From Isurus oxyrinchus (lineage: Eukaryota): 64,000 bases of DNA. Each line of letters opens with the position of its first letter. Positions within the stretch are counted from its first letter, which is position 1. Where the stretch lies: positions 3,720,001-3,784,000 of the forward strand of contig JANJGN010000052.1 of assembly GCA_026770705.1 (NCBI GenBank). The letters are read 5' to 3'. Shown here in pieces: positions 51,182 through 64,000 of the stretch. Below the pieces are notes generated by a model, which was not told the origin of the DNA, did not search any database, and saw only the letters and a list, made by a program, of their open reading frames with translations. A program made the position numbers and the translations under genes.

Positions 51182-52770
51182 GTAAGTACAGACACCTTTC
51201 ATTCTACATCAGCACTCCCTCAGCGCTGACCCTCTGACAGTGCAGCCTGTTCTCAGTGTCCACATTCTCAGACCTCTCAAAGTGCTTCACAGTCGATAGA
51301 AGTTAACTGATCTTTATTTGATTGTTGCTGAATGAAGGGACAAGCTGTCTAAACTTTACATCTCACACACATTATTTTCCATGGCAACACCTCCTCCAAT
51401 CAGAGACCACTTGCTGATTAACCAGCACTCTCTTCCCTTTAAATATAAATTGTTGTTCACTTTCTGTTGGTAAACCTGCAATCTGTCTTGTTGAGTCCGG
51501 TCCTGACATCTGAATATCACAATGAACAGAACAAGTTCCAACAATGAGCTGTGGTTGGTGATTCCTCACGTTACATCCAGGGACACTGGAGACTATCAGT
51601 GTGCTCAGAGAATGAACATGGAGCAGTGGAGGGGTTCATAACCATCACTGTGGAACGTTAGTTAAGACAAACTTCAACATCTCTCTCAGATTGAAACACT
51701 ACAAAAACACACATAAATATCCAGCCTTAAATAGACACCTGCAGACACACAATCCCACATCTATGAGCACACACAAAGACACACTCACAAACAAACACAC
51801 TAGCACATACTCCCCTGTGGATTACCTGACCTCCCTCAGTGCTGCACCGGAGAGTTGACCTGGATTCTGGGATTTGTGTTCCCTTTCATATTTATGGAAG
51901 AATATGGAAATTGCAAAGTCTATTACAGACACTCAGATGCACAGAGATACTCACAGATACTCTCTGCCTCTCCAACTCTCTATCCTCCTTTAAGAAGCTT
52001 CCTGAAATCTAACTCTTTGACCAGTCACCTGTCCCAATTCCTCCTTACGTGATTTTGTGTGAAATTTTGTTTGAGTATCTGAGAGTAAGAGGGAAGTGGA
52101 GAGGTTTAGGAAGGGAATTCCTGTTGCTGAAAAGCTTACATCATGTTCTCAGCTTTCCAGTGCCCATTTTTCACATGACGTCCATGTTCATAATGGGGAT
52201 TGCCTATGTAAACGTCACGCTGTAGTTACTCTCTCCCACCAGTGGTAGCACGGTAACACTTAACCCTTGCATCTCCAAGCTTTACAAGCAATTTCACTTC
52301 CTAATTTGCTACTATTCACCTCAACCATTCCCTGTGGGAGCGAGTTCCACATTCTCCCCTCTCTCTGGGTAAAGATTGGAACTGTTTATTAAGCGGGGTG
52401 TGTAAGTCCGTGGGGGAGTCCATCTCGATCCTGCCCGATTCGCACACGCGTCCGAGATGGATTTCCACCCTGCACTAAACGTTTCCAGAATTTTCTACAG
52501 CACAATCCTGTACACAGCGATGGAGAGAAACATTGGACAGAGAGTCCAACAGCACAATGATCCATTCTCACCAATGTTCCACGCTAAGGGGAAAGTTCCG
52601 ATTGTCCACTCTTAGAGTGTTTACAGTGAAAACATTCATTCCACATTGAATCCCAGTGGATGGGTCAATATTACAGCAAATGTTGCAGTGATATGAAGCT
52701 TGATTGTTCAGCCAGAGTGAGAGATTGAAAGCGGAGAGTCAGTGATGATTTCTTTCTGTGTGTTCTCTAG

Positions 52771-52898
52771 ACAGTGGAGGAGAGATTCTGCACGTGATCC
52801 TGATCCTGGGAATACGAGCTGTGATATTCCTTGTGGCTGTGGTTATCACTATCGCTGGAGTCTGTGTCTGGGAGAGACAAACAGTGAAAGGAAGTTGA
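52771..52898 (+). CDS. Siglec-like gene R: TM plus short-tail terminal exon with intramembrane Arg
   Basis: Acceptor tttctttctgtgtgttctctag; phase 1 (D)SGGEILHVILILGIRAVIFLVAVVITIAGVCVWERQTVKGS*; Arg codon 52815-52817. Confidence 0.9.
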
Positions 52899-53174
52899 CA
52901 GACTGTTTGAAGCTTTGTACAGCAACAATCTGGTCAGTCAGTGCGGACAAATAACGTGTGATGTTGTGTTAAGTTGTAATGAAACTGGTCAGTGTCCTGG
53001 TTAGAATCATCTCCGTATCATCGAGTCATTCCAGCAATGGAGGAGGACATTTGGCCCATTGAGTCTATGCTGTCTCTCTGTAAAGCAATCCACTCAGTCC
53101 CATCCCCCGCTCTAACCCCGTATCCCTGCAAATTTATTTCCAATTTCCGTCCAATTTCCTTTTGAAATTGTTCA

Positions 53175-56100
53175 TCGAATAGGAATGAACAGAAATGTGA
53201 CGTCGCTAAACTCTGTTCTCTGATTAGAATGAGCTTTCTGAATGCTGCACCTTTTTCATGCTGCGACAGATTGTAAGAAGCATTTGGCTTATGAATAAAA
53301 TTACATTGATTAACTCAAGTGATTAAAATGCTCAGCCTGTTCTGTAGATATTTAAAGATTAAAATTCTTGTTTTGCTGCAAAATACTTGGCTCAAAGACA
53401 TTACTTCCTGTTGTCACGTTTTCCAATCAGATGAATTCCTCTGTCCATCTTTATAATAGAAATTTCCAATGTAAACATGTCACATTGTAGCTGCACACAC
53501 TTGCCAGTGGCTGGTGTGATATCAAAGCTGTCTTGCTGCAGAGAAACAGCGAGAAATATTCCTGTTGTGTGCATGAACTTCATGTTAGCATGAGACACAG
53601 GCATCAGATGAAATTTTGTGCAATTTGTACAATGTTCTTTAGACAGCACAGCACTCCCTCAGTTCAAACCCTCCAACAGCGCAGCACTCCCTCAGATCAG
53701 ACCCTCCGACAGTGCAGCACTTCCTCAGTTCAAACCCTCCGACAGTGCAGCTCTCCCTCAGTTCATACCCTCCGACAGTGCAGCACTCCCTCAGTTCAAA
53801 CCCTCCGACAGTGCAGCACTCCCTCATTTCAGAGCCTCCGACAGTGCAGCACTCCCTCAGTTCAGAGCCTCCGAAAGTGCAGCATTCCCTCAGTTCAGAC
53901 CCTCTGACAGTGCAACACTCCCTCAGCTCAGACCCTCCGACAGTGCAGCACTCCCTCAGTACTGAACCTCCGACAGTGCCGCACTCCCTCAGTTCTTCTC
54001 TGCCGATGCTGCCAGACCTGCTGAGTTTTTCCAGGTATTTCTGTTTCTGTTTTGAATTTCCAGCATCCGCAGTTTTTTTGCTTTTAGTGCTGGGCAGTTC
54101 CTCAGCAAGGATTCGGGCCACAAAACATTGCGAGTGCTGTGGGTCTGCGCCACGATTTAGAGAGCTGTGCTTGGCACGCCTATTCTAGTCCCAGTCCAGT
54201 GTGGTGGGGAGAGCCTGGCAGTCCTGGGTTGGTGGTGCCCAGCATGGTGTGAGTGACGTGGTCAGTCCCTCACACACGTCCATCCTGGGGGTGGGTGGCT
54301 TGATACTAGGCCGCAGGTGGCACAATCCCAGTCAGGGGAGGCATCTGCAGCCGGTCAATGGGGAGCAGGTAATATAGAGGGTAGGGGTGGGGGTGGAAAA
54401 GAGGGGGGCCGGTGGTCTCTGTAAGTCACAGTACAATGGGCCTCTAGTTGGAGAGAGGTCAGGTCTACATGGGGCATTGGGATGTCAACATCAGACAGTC
54501 TAGGGAGGAGGACTGGGATGTCAACCCCGAACACAATAAGATCAAGGATTAGAGAGGAAGGGAGGAGACTGATTGGAAGGAGGGGAATGTGCACATTATG
54601 CTCCTCCAGCACGATGGGAGGGACTGTGATGGTTACGGGGGTGGGGGGGGGGTGACGTGTGAGGGGATAGACGCTTACCTGGTGGTATTGCCTCAGCCCC
54701 ACCCTTTTTCAAGCTGATCCAATGTCGCAGTTGAAGAATAAGCTACAAAACAAATTGGCAGGGGAGGTCTCCCAGGGCCTGTGGGAGACATCACCCACTG
54801 CATCTTCGGCCTGTTTGAAGGGGCACCCGAACAATTCCGGCTTTTCCAAATGATGAGGAAGACACAGCTGCACCCCGAGTCCCCTACTGGGGATCCAGAA
54901 GGTTGCAATAGCGCTGCGAGGGACTCATGGGCTCCACAGTGACTCCCTAATTAGCGACTGGAAGGTTTATGTTCATTTATCTTTATTATCCGTTCATATT
55001 GAGCAATGGAGCTCCTGATTTGTCACCTTCCTGTACCTCGTCCAATGCTTCTGTTATCAGGACTTCCACATCGATGTGAAAGAGCCATGATGATAGCAGA
55101 CAGTCGCACAATGGGAATGGCACTAGGCCAGTGATCCAGAGGCCCAGGTGAATGCTTTGAAGGCACGGGTTCAAATCCCACCACGGCAGCTGGAGGAATT
55201 TCAATTCGATTAATCAATAAATTTAATTGATTGATACATTTTTTTCTTATTCATTTCAGGGATGTTGGTGTCGCTGACTAGGCCAGTATTTGTTGCCCAT
55301 CCCCATTTGCCTTTGAGAACATATGGATATCTGAGTTAGGATCAGGAGTAGGTCACTCAGCCCCTCGAACCTGCTCCGCCATTCAGTAAGATCATGGCTG
55401 ATCTGATTGTCACCTCAACCTCACATTCCTGCCTACCCCCAATGACCTTTCACCCCCTTGTTAATCAAGAATCTATCTAGCTCTGTGGAAGGGGAGCCAA
55501 TCAATCGGGCTGCTTTGTCCTGGATGGTGTCAAGCTTCTTGAGTGTTGTTGGAGCTGTGCTCATCCAGGCATGTGGAGAGTATTCCATCACACTCCTGAC
55601 TTGTGCGTTGTAGATGGTGGACAGGATTTGGGGAGTCAGGAGGTGAGTTACTGTCTGCAGGGTTCCCAGCCTCTGACCTGCTCTTGCAGCCACAGTGTTT
55701 ATATGGCTGGTCCAGTTCAGTTTCTGCTCAATGGTAACTCCCAGGCTGTTGATATTGGGGGATTCATTGATGGTAATGCCATTGAATGCCAAGGGGCGAT
55801 GGTTATGAATGGTCTGTGGGATACTCTGGTACAAAATTTCAACACTCGGACTCCAGATGCAATATTCAAGTGGTTCCTTTATTAGGCATGTGGGGAGCAA
55901 ACGCTGGGCAGTACAGGTGCTTCTCCACCGAGGTTCAAATGAGCACAGTTTATATATTTTTTACTCTCAGTTACAAGGTAATGGTATTAGTTAGACAAAG
56001 GCCACAGCACAATGATCCTCCGGTGGGCTGATAATTGTGTTCTTGTACAGTAATTACAGGGCAGAGACTGGCTATTGTCCTTTTGAGACAGCAAAGAATC

Positions 56101-59100
56101 TATGTTTGTTCGATACAAAAGGTTTCCGGAGGCTGACTGGATGTGGTTCAAGGCCATCGGAGGGTGTGAAATAACCTTCCCCATTTCTTGATTGAGTCAC
56201 CCTGTGTCCTTGTGTGTGTGTCTCCCATTTCCTCATTGCAAATTTACAGCTGAGCCCTTTGTACAGGTTTTTAGCTTTCACGTAAGGATGTGTACGCTTT
56301 GGCACCCTAGCTGCTGGTCCTGGCTGGCTCTTTAAAATAAATCCAAATTTTCTGCGCCTTCAGTTAGATTCTCTCTTGTTGGAGCTGGTCATTGCCTGGC
56401 ACTTGTGTGGCATGAATGTTACTTGTCACCTGTCAGCCCAAGCCTGGATGTTGTCCAGGTCTTGCTGCATTTGGACATAACTTGCTTCAGTATCTGAGGA
56501 GCCGTGAATGGTGCTGAACATTGTGCAAACATCAGCAAATATCCCCACTTCTGACCTTATGATGGAAGGAAGGACATTGATGAAGCAGCTGAAGATGGTT
56601 GAGCCTAGGACACTACCCTGGAACTCCTGCAGTGATGTCCTGGAACTGAGATGATTGACCCCCAACAATCACAACCATCATCCTTTGTGCTAAGTATGAC
56701 TCCAAACAGCGGAGAGTTTTCCCCCGATTCCCATTGACTCCAGTTTTGCTAGGGCTCCTTGATTTGCCACACTCAGTCAAATGCTGCCTTGATGTCAAGG
56801 ACAGTCACTCTCACCTCACCTCTGGAGTTCAGCTCATTTGTGCATGTTTGAACCAAGGCTGTAATGAGGCCAGGAGCTGAATGATCCTGGTGGAACACAA
56901 ACTGAGCGTCAGTGAGCAGGTTCTTGGTAAGCAGGTGCTGCTTGCAAGCGCTGTTGATGACCCCTTCCATCACTTTAGTAATGATCAAGAATAGACTGCT
57001 GGGGAATTGGCTGGGTTGGATTTGTCCTGCTTTTTGTGTACAGGACGTACCCCATAGCCGGGTAGTTGCCAGTGTTGCAGCTGTACTAGAAAATTCCAGA
57101 AAAGCTTGGCTAGGGGCGCAGCAAGTTCTGGAGCACAAGTCTTCAGTACTATTGCCAGAATATTGTCAGGGCCTGGAGCCTTTGCAATATCCAGTGCCTT
57201 CAGCCCTTTCTTGATGTCACGTGGAATTAATCGAATTGGCTAAAGATTGGCATCTCTGATGCTGGGGACCTCAGGAGGAGGCCGAGATGGATCAGCCACT
57301 CAGCACTTCTGGCTGAAGATTATTGCGCATGCTTCAGTCTTGTCTTTTGCACCGATGTGCTGGGCTCCTCCATCATTGAGGATGGGGATATTTGTGGAGC
57401 CTCCTCCTACAGTGAGTTGTTTAATTGTCCACGACTGGATGTGACATCTGGAATGCGAAGCTAGTCTCAGTAATGGTGACCATGAAACTAAGGCCAATTG
57501 TTGCAAAAACCCATCTGGGTCACTAATGCCCTTTGGGGAAGGAAACCTGCCGTCCTTACCCATTCTGGCCTACGTGTGACTCCTGACCCACAGCAATGTG
57601 GTTGACTCTTAACTGGCCCCTGAAATGGCCGAGCAAGCCACTGAGTTATATCAAAACCCGCCACAGACCAGTCAAACCAGGTGAACTGCAGCACTTCGAA
57701 AAGGCAGCTCAGCACCCCCTTCTCCAGGGGTCAGTCAGGAACAGGTAACAAACGCTGTCCACATCCCGTGAAAGAATTTTGGTAAAAAGGTAGCCGTGTA
57801 TCACCACCCACGGCCAGCGCCAACCCCCCCACCCCTACCTGATTGCACCAGTTTCAGATGACACCAGGTCAATGAACGGATAGAAACTCAAACCAATGAG
57901 ATGAGCACAGAGAAGGATCAAGCCAGAGAGAGTTGGTGGGAAGAATTGGGAAAGCAACAAAAAAGGCAGAGCGGACACTAACACTATAACAAAGTAAAGA
58001 CCAGAGGAGGAAGGAAGCAAGTGTGAAGAGGAATTGAGAGCAGAGCTGGTCGGCTGCTTGTCGAAGCCAAGGAACCTCCATAGGGCACATCCACAGTGCT
58101 GTTGGGGAGGGTGATACATGATTTTGACCCAGGATCATCAAGTGTTGCACTGGCAAAGCCTTTAAAGTAAAGGGACCTTCACTACCCGTGTCCCCCAGCC
58201 TACAAAGCTGTTGACCTGCTGAGTCCACCTGTACAGGCAACCTCCAGACAGTTGGCTACAGAGGCCATTGCAGCTGCTGAATATGACTTCCAGTTTCAAA
58301 CCCTTCATGAATGCAAGGATGGAGAATTCAGCAGGAATATTCCTGCACACCCTGTGGCAGATCCTGTAAATAAAAGGGACCTTCACTGACTCCCCAAAGC
58401 TGCTGACCTGCTGATTCACATCTACAGGCAACCTCCAAATAGTCAACTAGAGAAGACAACGCAGCTGCTGAATGTGACTCCTAGTTTTAAACCCTTCACT
58501 CTGGAAAGAAGGAATCCAGAGCAATGGCCTCAGTATGATTCTTCACAGAAACTGATTTTAAATCTCATCTCTAAGTATTATTTTTCCTTTGCTTACATTT
58601 TAATCCCTGCACCTGATGGCTTTATCGCTTCAACTTAAATAACTTTCAGCAGGAGCCAGGTTCAAATTGAATGGACAAGCTGGCTTGGGAGGCCAAAAGG
58701 CCTACTCCTGCTTCTGTTTATTTATGTTTGTGTTGTTATGTAGTGGAACTAGAGAGGTTATAGCAGTTATGAGAACATTAAGCAAACAGCAGCAAGAATT
58801 GAACACCTACGTTGTGGTTTATGAAAAGGTTTTCAACCTGGTCAACTGGTAAAATCTGTTGAAAGTGGGCTATCATGGCGTGTGGCCTTTGTGTGATATT
58901 TGTAACAACGTTCTCGATGTCGGAACAGCTTGCATTGAACAAAGCTGATCTTTACCCAGAACTTCAGAGGAAGGGGGGACAATTGTTCCCTGGTGTGGGG
59001 GGCATGGTGGGGGGGGGAGGGTGAGGGGGAGACAAGTAGCCTGAAATACCAAGCCAGACTCTTTGTGAAGACAAAAGTTGTTTATTCATTTTTTTTTACA

Positions 59101-62100
59101 AAGCACAATATTTACAATTAAAGTCCCGACAAGATAATGGTGAATCATGAACACATTGTCGGGGTGAATCTGTGCCCGGGAGCATAAAGCAGCAAAATCA
59201 GGAGCCCGCTTTACATCTCTCTGAATTTTAACTATCATTAACCCCAGTAACATCCATTCAAATGACTTAGTCATAAGATTCCTCACACATTCACTTGCAC
59301 ACTCACACACCCACACCCACACAGACACACTGACACACTCACTCATTCACATTGACACACACTGACACAGTCACACACACCCACACAGACACACTGACAC
59401 ACTCACTCATTCACATTGACACACACTGACACAGTCACACACACCCACACAGACACACTGACACACTCACTCATTCACATTGACACACACTGACACAGTC
59501 ACACACACACATACACACACACACACACACACGCTGACACAATCACACACATTCACATTGACACGCACTGACAGTCACACATACACACACACACGCTGAC
59601 ACAATCACACACATTCACATTGACACACACATATTGACAGTCACACACACACGCTCATAAAGACAGACACAAACACAGTCACGTGAGGTGAATAGTGTCG
59701 ATGTATTTAAGGGGAAGCTGGATAAACACACGAGGGAGAAATGAATAGAAGGATATGGTGATGGGGTGAGATGGAGAAGGGGTGGGCGGAGACTCGTGTG
59801 GAGCAGAAACTCCAGCATGGAACAGATGGGCCGAATGGCTTCTTTCCCTGCTGTAAAACGCAGGTAAAGTTTCAGTTGGAATTAATGAACAGGGCCTGTG
59901 TGAAATAGATTGCTAAGCAGTAGATAAGGAGGGGAGAGGCTGTGGCATGGTGCAGGATGACCTTGAGTGAATGAGGCCAGGGTCTAATATCTACAGCAGA
60001 AACCACAAGTCTCATTTGGTCCTCTCCAATTACAGCAGTGACAGCAGAATCTGCAGAATCTGCCCATTCTCTTCTGGCGCTGCAGCAAGGAGCCCTGGAA
60101 AAGCAGGAGGACAATAGGTGAGAACATTCCGGAAAGAAAGAAGGCATCATTTCAATCAGGCGCGTCATTGGAAGGAGGATGGCGCATTTCTATAGCGCCT
60201 TTCCCCTCCTCAGGATGGCCCAAAGTGTTCCACAGCTGAAGGAAGGACTTTTTCTGAAGTGAGCTCACCGCTGTAATGTAGGAAACGCAGCAGGCAATTC
60301 ACGCACAGCAAGATCCCACAAACAGAAATGTGATAATGGCCCCGATTTTCAGTTTTTTACCAATGTCAGTTGAGGGATAAATGTTTGCCCCAGGAAAGTG
60401 GACATAACTCCACCCCATCCACCCCCCATCACCCCCTCAACACATACCCCCTACTCCTGACGCACTTCATTTAAATTGTGGTCATGGAATCCTCTACATC
60501 CATCTGAGAGGGCAGATGTTGTCTCAGTTTAACATCTCATCTGAAAGACAGCGCCTTCAACAGTGCAGCACCCCCTCAGTACTGACCCTCCGACTGTGCA
60601 GCACTCCCTCAGTACTGACCGTCTGACAATGCAGCACCCCCTCAGTACTGACCCTCCGACTGTGCAGTCCCCCGCCGGGACTGACCCTCTGACAGTGCAG
60701 CACTCCAAGACTGACCGTCTGACAATGCAGCACCCCCTCAGTACTGACCCTCCGACTGTCCTGCCCCCCCGCCGGTACTGACCCTCCGACAGCTCGGTAA
60801 TTTCTCAATTACGCCTGGTGGTCCTTTTAACTCAGAGCTGAGAGTTGCAGAGAATCGAGCACACACCCTGAACTGACACTTGCAGTGCAAGTACTGGGAG
60901 CGCGCTGGTCATTATCATGCTGCTGTCTGTGGGATCTTACAGTGCGCCAATGGCTGATTCTTTTCCCACAGTACATCAGTGACCTCACATGAAAGAAAAA
61001 AAGCACTTGATTGTCTGCGAAACAGTTTGGGACGTCCTGATGTGTTGGAAGGCGCTAGAGAAATGCAAGAGTTGACGTTTCGAGTCCTCATGACCCTTCT
61101 GAGGACTCGAAACGTCAACTCTTTTCTTCTCTGCCGATGCTGCCAGACCTGCTGAGTTTTTTCAGGTAATTCTGTTTTTGTTTTGGATTTCCAGCATCCG
61201 CAGTTTTCTTTGTTTTTATAGAGAAATGAAAGTCCTCTTTGTCTTTCACTCGATCCTCTAAGGTGTCTGTTGATTAACCAGCCTCACGGTGTATGATGTA
61301 GGCCTGGTTATAAACAGTTAGAAGGATCAAATATCAAAAATGCTTTGGCTGACAGTCAAACCGATTGTGCATTCGGAGAGATTAGATACGGTCTGCACAC
61401 AATGACTCCAGTCTCTGGCACTGACTGCCGCCTGGGGTCTCCCTTCCACATAACACTCACAACTTGCATTTACACAGCGCCTCTGACATTGCAAAATGTC
61501 CCAGCCCACATTACCGGAGCGTAAATCAGAGAGAAGTCTAACACTGAGTCACATATGGAGATATTAGGGATAGGTGACCAAAAGCTTGGTCAAAGATGTC
61601 AGTTTTTAAGGAGCGTCTTAAAGGAGAGAGAGAGAGAGAGGCAGAGAGGTTAAGGGAGGGTATTCCGGAGCTCAGGGCCCCAGGCAGCTGAAGGCACGGC
61701 CACCAATGGTGGAGCGATGGGAATCAGGGGGACCCGGGAGATGCAGGAATTTCAGAGATTTTGGAGGAACATCGGGACCGGAGGAGGTGTTCTCCTGCTC
61801 CATATCTCTCTCTCTCTTCCTCTCATCCACTCCTCCTCTCCCTGTCTCTCTCTCTCTCCTACTCTTCCTCTCAATTGCCCTCTCTCCCAATCTTTCTCTC
61901 CTCTCTCCCTTTTCCTGTCTCTCCCCCTCTCTCTCTCCCCTGTCTCATTCTCCCACTCTGTATCTCTCCCTCTCTCTCACACTATTTTTGTACCTTTCGC
62001 TCACTCTGTAACTCTCCCTTTCCTGTTAATTTCTCTCTCTTGGACAATCTCTCTTCCTTTTTCACTTTCCCTCACTCTGCATCTCTTCATTAATATCTCC

Positions 62101-64000
62101 CTCTGTCACTCTCTCCCACCTATGTTCTTTCCCTTTCACCCCTCCCCGTCCCACTCTCTGTCTCTCTCTTCCAATCCCTCCCTCCCCCATTCCATCCCTC
62201 TCTCCGACTCTCGACTCCCAGCCTCTCTTTAACCCACTCCCAGGCTGGATCAGTCTCCCTCTCACTATTCCCGGCGTGGGTTACATTTAAAATTCCTGTG
62301 GGGATATGTTCACTTCCTTGGAATTGCCTCTTCCCAGCTTTGCAAAAAAAGTGGGGGCGGGGGGTCTTGATTTCAAACATGCCTCCTGAGTATAACCGAG
62401 ACAGACTGCCACTGAAATCAGCTTGAAATCAGAAAACTTTCTGTGGAAGAAACGAGCAGGGAGAAACCTTAAAATAAGGAATGAATTTCCACCTACCGTG
62501 TCCGGGGAATCCACAGATTTCTCAATCGTCGAAGAACCTAAAGCAGTGTCAACCTGCAAAAAGAAAGAATTTATCAGGGAGAAAGTGAGAGGAGGATTGA
62601 GGGAGAGGGAGAGAGAGAGAGAGAGGTACAGGAGAGAGAGGGGGAGGAGGACAGACTTGCATTTCTCTAACGCCTTTCACCACATCCCAAAGCATTTCAC
62701 AGCCACTGAAGGATGTTTTTGAAGTGCACTCACACTGTAGGAAATGTGGCAGCTGATTTGTGCACAGCAAGATCCCACAAATAGCAATGTGATCATGGCC
62801 TAGATCATCTGTTTTTGGTGATGTTGGTTGAGGGATAAATATTGGTCCCAGGACACCGGGGAGAGCACCCCCTGCTCTTCCTCCAAATAGTGGCTGTGGG
62901 ATCTTTCACACCCGCCCGAGAGGGCAGACGGGGGACTCGGTTTAATGTCTCATTCAACATTGTTGTGCTCCCTCAGTACTAACCCTTTGACACTGCAGCA
63001 CTCCCTTAGTATTAACACTTCGATAGTGCTGCGCTCCCTCAGTACTGTCCCTCCGTCAGTGCAGCTCTATTTCAGTACTAACCCTTCCACACAGCAGCAC
63101 TCCCTCAGTACTGACCTCCGACAGTATAGCACTCCGTCAGTACTGTCCCTCCAATAGTGCAACACTTCCACACTACTGACCCTCTGAGAGTGCAGCACTC
63201 CCTCAGCACGGAGTGTTGATCTACATTATGGGACTGAATTCCCTGGAGTGAGTCTCAGACCAGTGATTTAGGTAGGGTTGTGGGGGCTGGAGGAGGTTAC
63301 AGAGATAGGGAGGGCTGTAGAGGCTGTAGGAGGTTACAGAGAAAGGGAGGGTTGTAAGGGCTGTAGGAAGTTACAGAGATAGGGAGGGTTGTAGAGGCTG
63401 TAGGAGGTTACAGAGATAGGGAGGGTTGTAGGGGCTGGAGGAGGTTACAGAAATAGGGAGGGCTGTAGAGGCTGTAGGAGTTTACAGAGATAGGGAGGGT
63501 TGTAAGGGCTGTAGGAAGTTACAGAGATAGGGAGGGTTGTAGAGGCTGTAGGAGGTTACAGAGATGGGGGAGTTGTGGGGGTTGGAGGAGGTTACAGAGG
63601 TAGGGAGGTGTGTAGGGGCTGTAGGAGGTTACAGAGATGGGGTGGTTGTGGGGGCTGGAGGAGGTTACAGATGTAGGGAGGGTTGTAGAGGCTGGAGGAG
63701 TTTACCAAAATAGACACTGCTGTAGGGGCCACAGTAGGTTACAGAGATAGGGAGAGTTATAGTGTGGAGAGGAGGTTATAGAGTTCAGGAGGATTGTAGG
63801 GGCTGGAGGAGGTTACAGTGATTGTGAGGGTTGTGGGGCCTGGAGGACTTTACAGAGATAGGGAGGGTTGTAGGGTCTGGAGCAGGTTACAGAGATAGGG
63901 AGGGTTGTAGGGTCTGGAGCAGGTTACAGAGATAGGGAGGGTTGTAGGGTCTGGAGGAGGTTACAGTGATCATGAGGGTTGTGGGGCCTGGGGGAGGTTA
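53175..64000 (-). repeat. Right high-identity arm of the inverted duplication (runs off the window)
   Basis: Reverse complement of 2935-13975, including the LINE (55485-57445), solo LTR (55806-56362), SINEs and minisatellites (37-bp array 63270-64000). Confidence 0.97.

Overview
Repeat-rich vertebrate genomic DNA. The SINE/LINE/minisatellite content points to a cartilaginous fish such as a shark (inference). The window is largely one inverted duplication: ~2.9-19.5 kb mirrors parts of ~30.6-64 kb, with near-identical outer arms. Each arm carries a Siglec-family (CD33/Siglec-15/MAG-like) gene of plan leader - V-set - C2-set - TM, and the two genes are transcribed divergently. The minus-strand copy is a pseudogene. 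The plus-strand copy has one leader exon, FIVE intact phase-1/phase-1 V-set exons (four in a ~2.3-kb tandem array), one C2 exon and one TM exon with an intramembrane Arg and short tail (activating type). The V exons differ mainly in the C-C' specificity region, and V1 lacks the sialic-acid-binding Arg, so the locus is a candidate variable-exon-cassette innate receptor. The spacer holds remnants of further family members, including an orphan Tyr-motif cytoplasmic exon, plus Gypsy and Penelope elements. The left end has a possible disrupted hepcidin-like secreted-peptide gene. All calls come from reading the sequence by eye; no searches or alignments were run.
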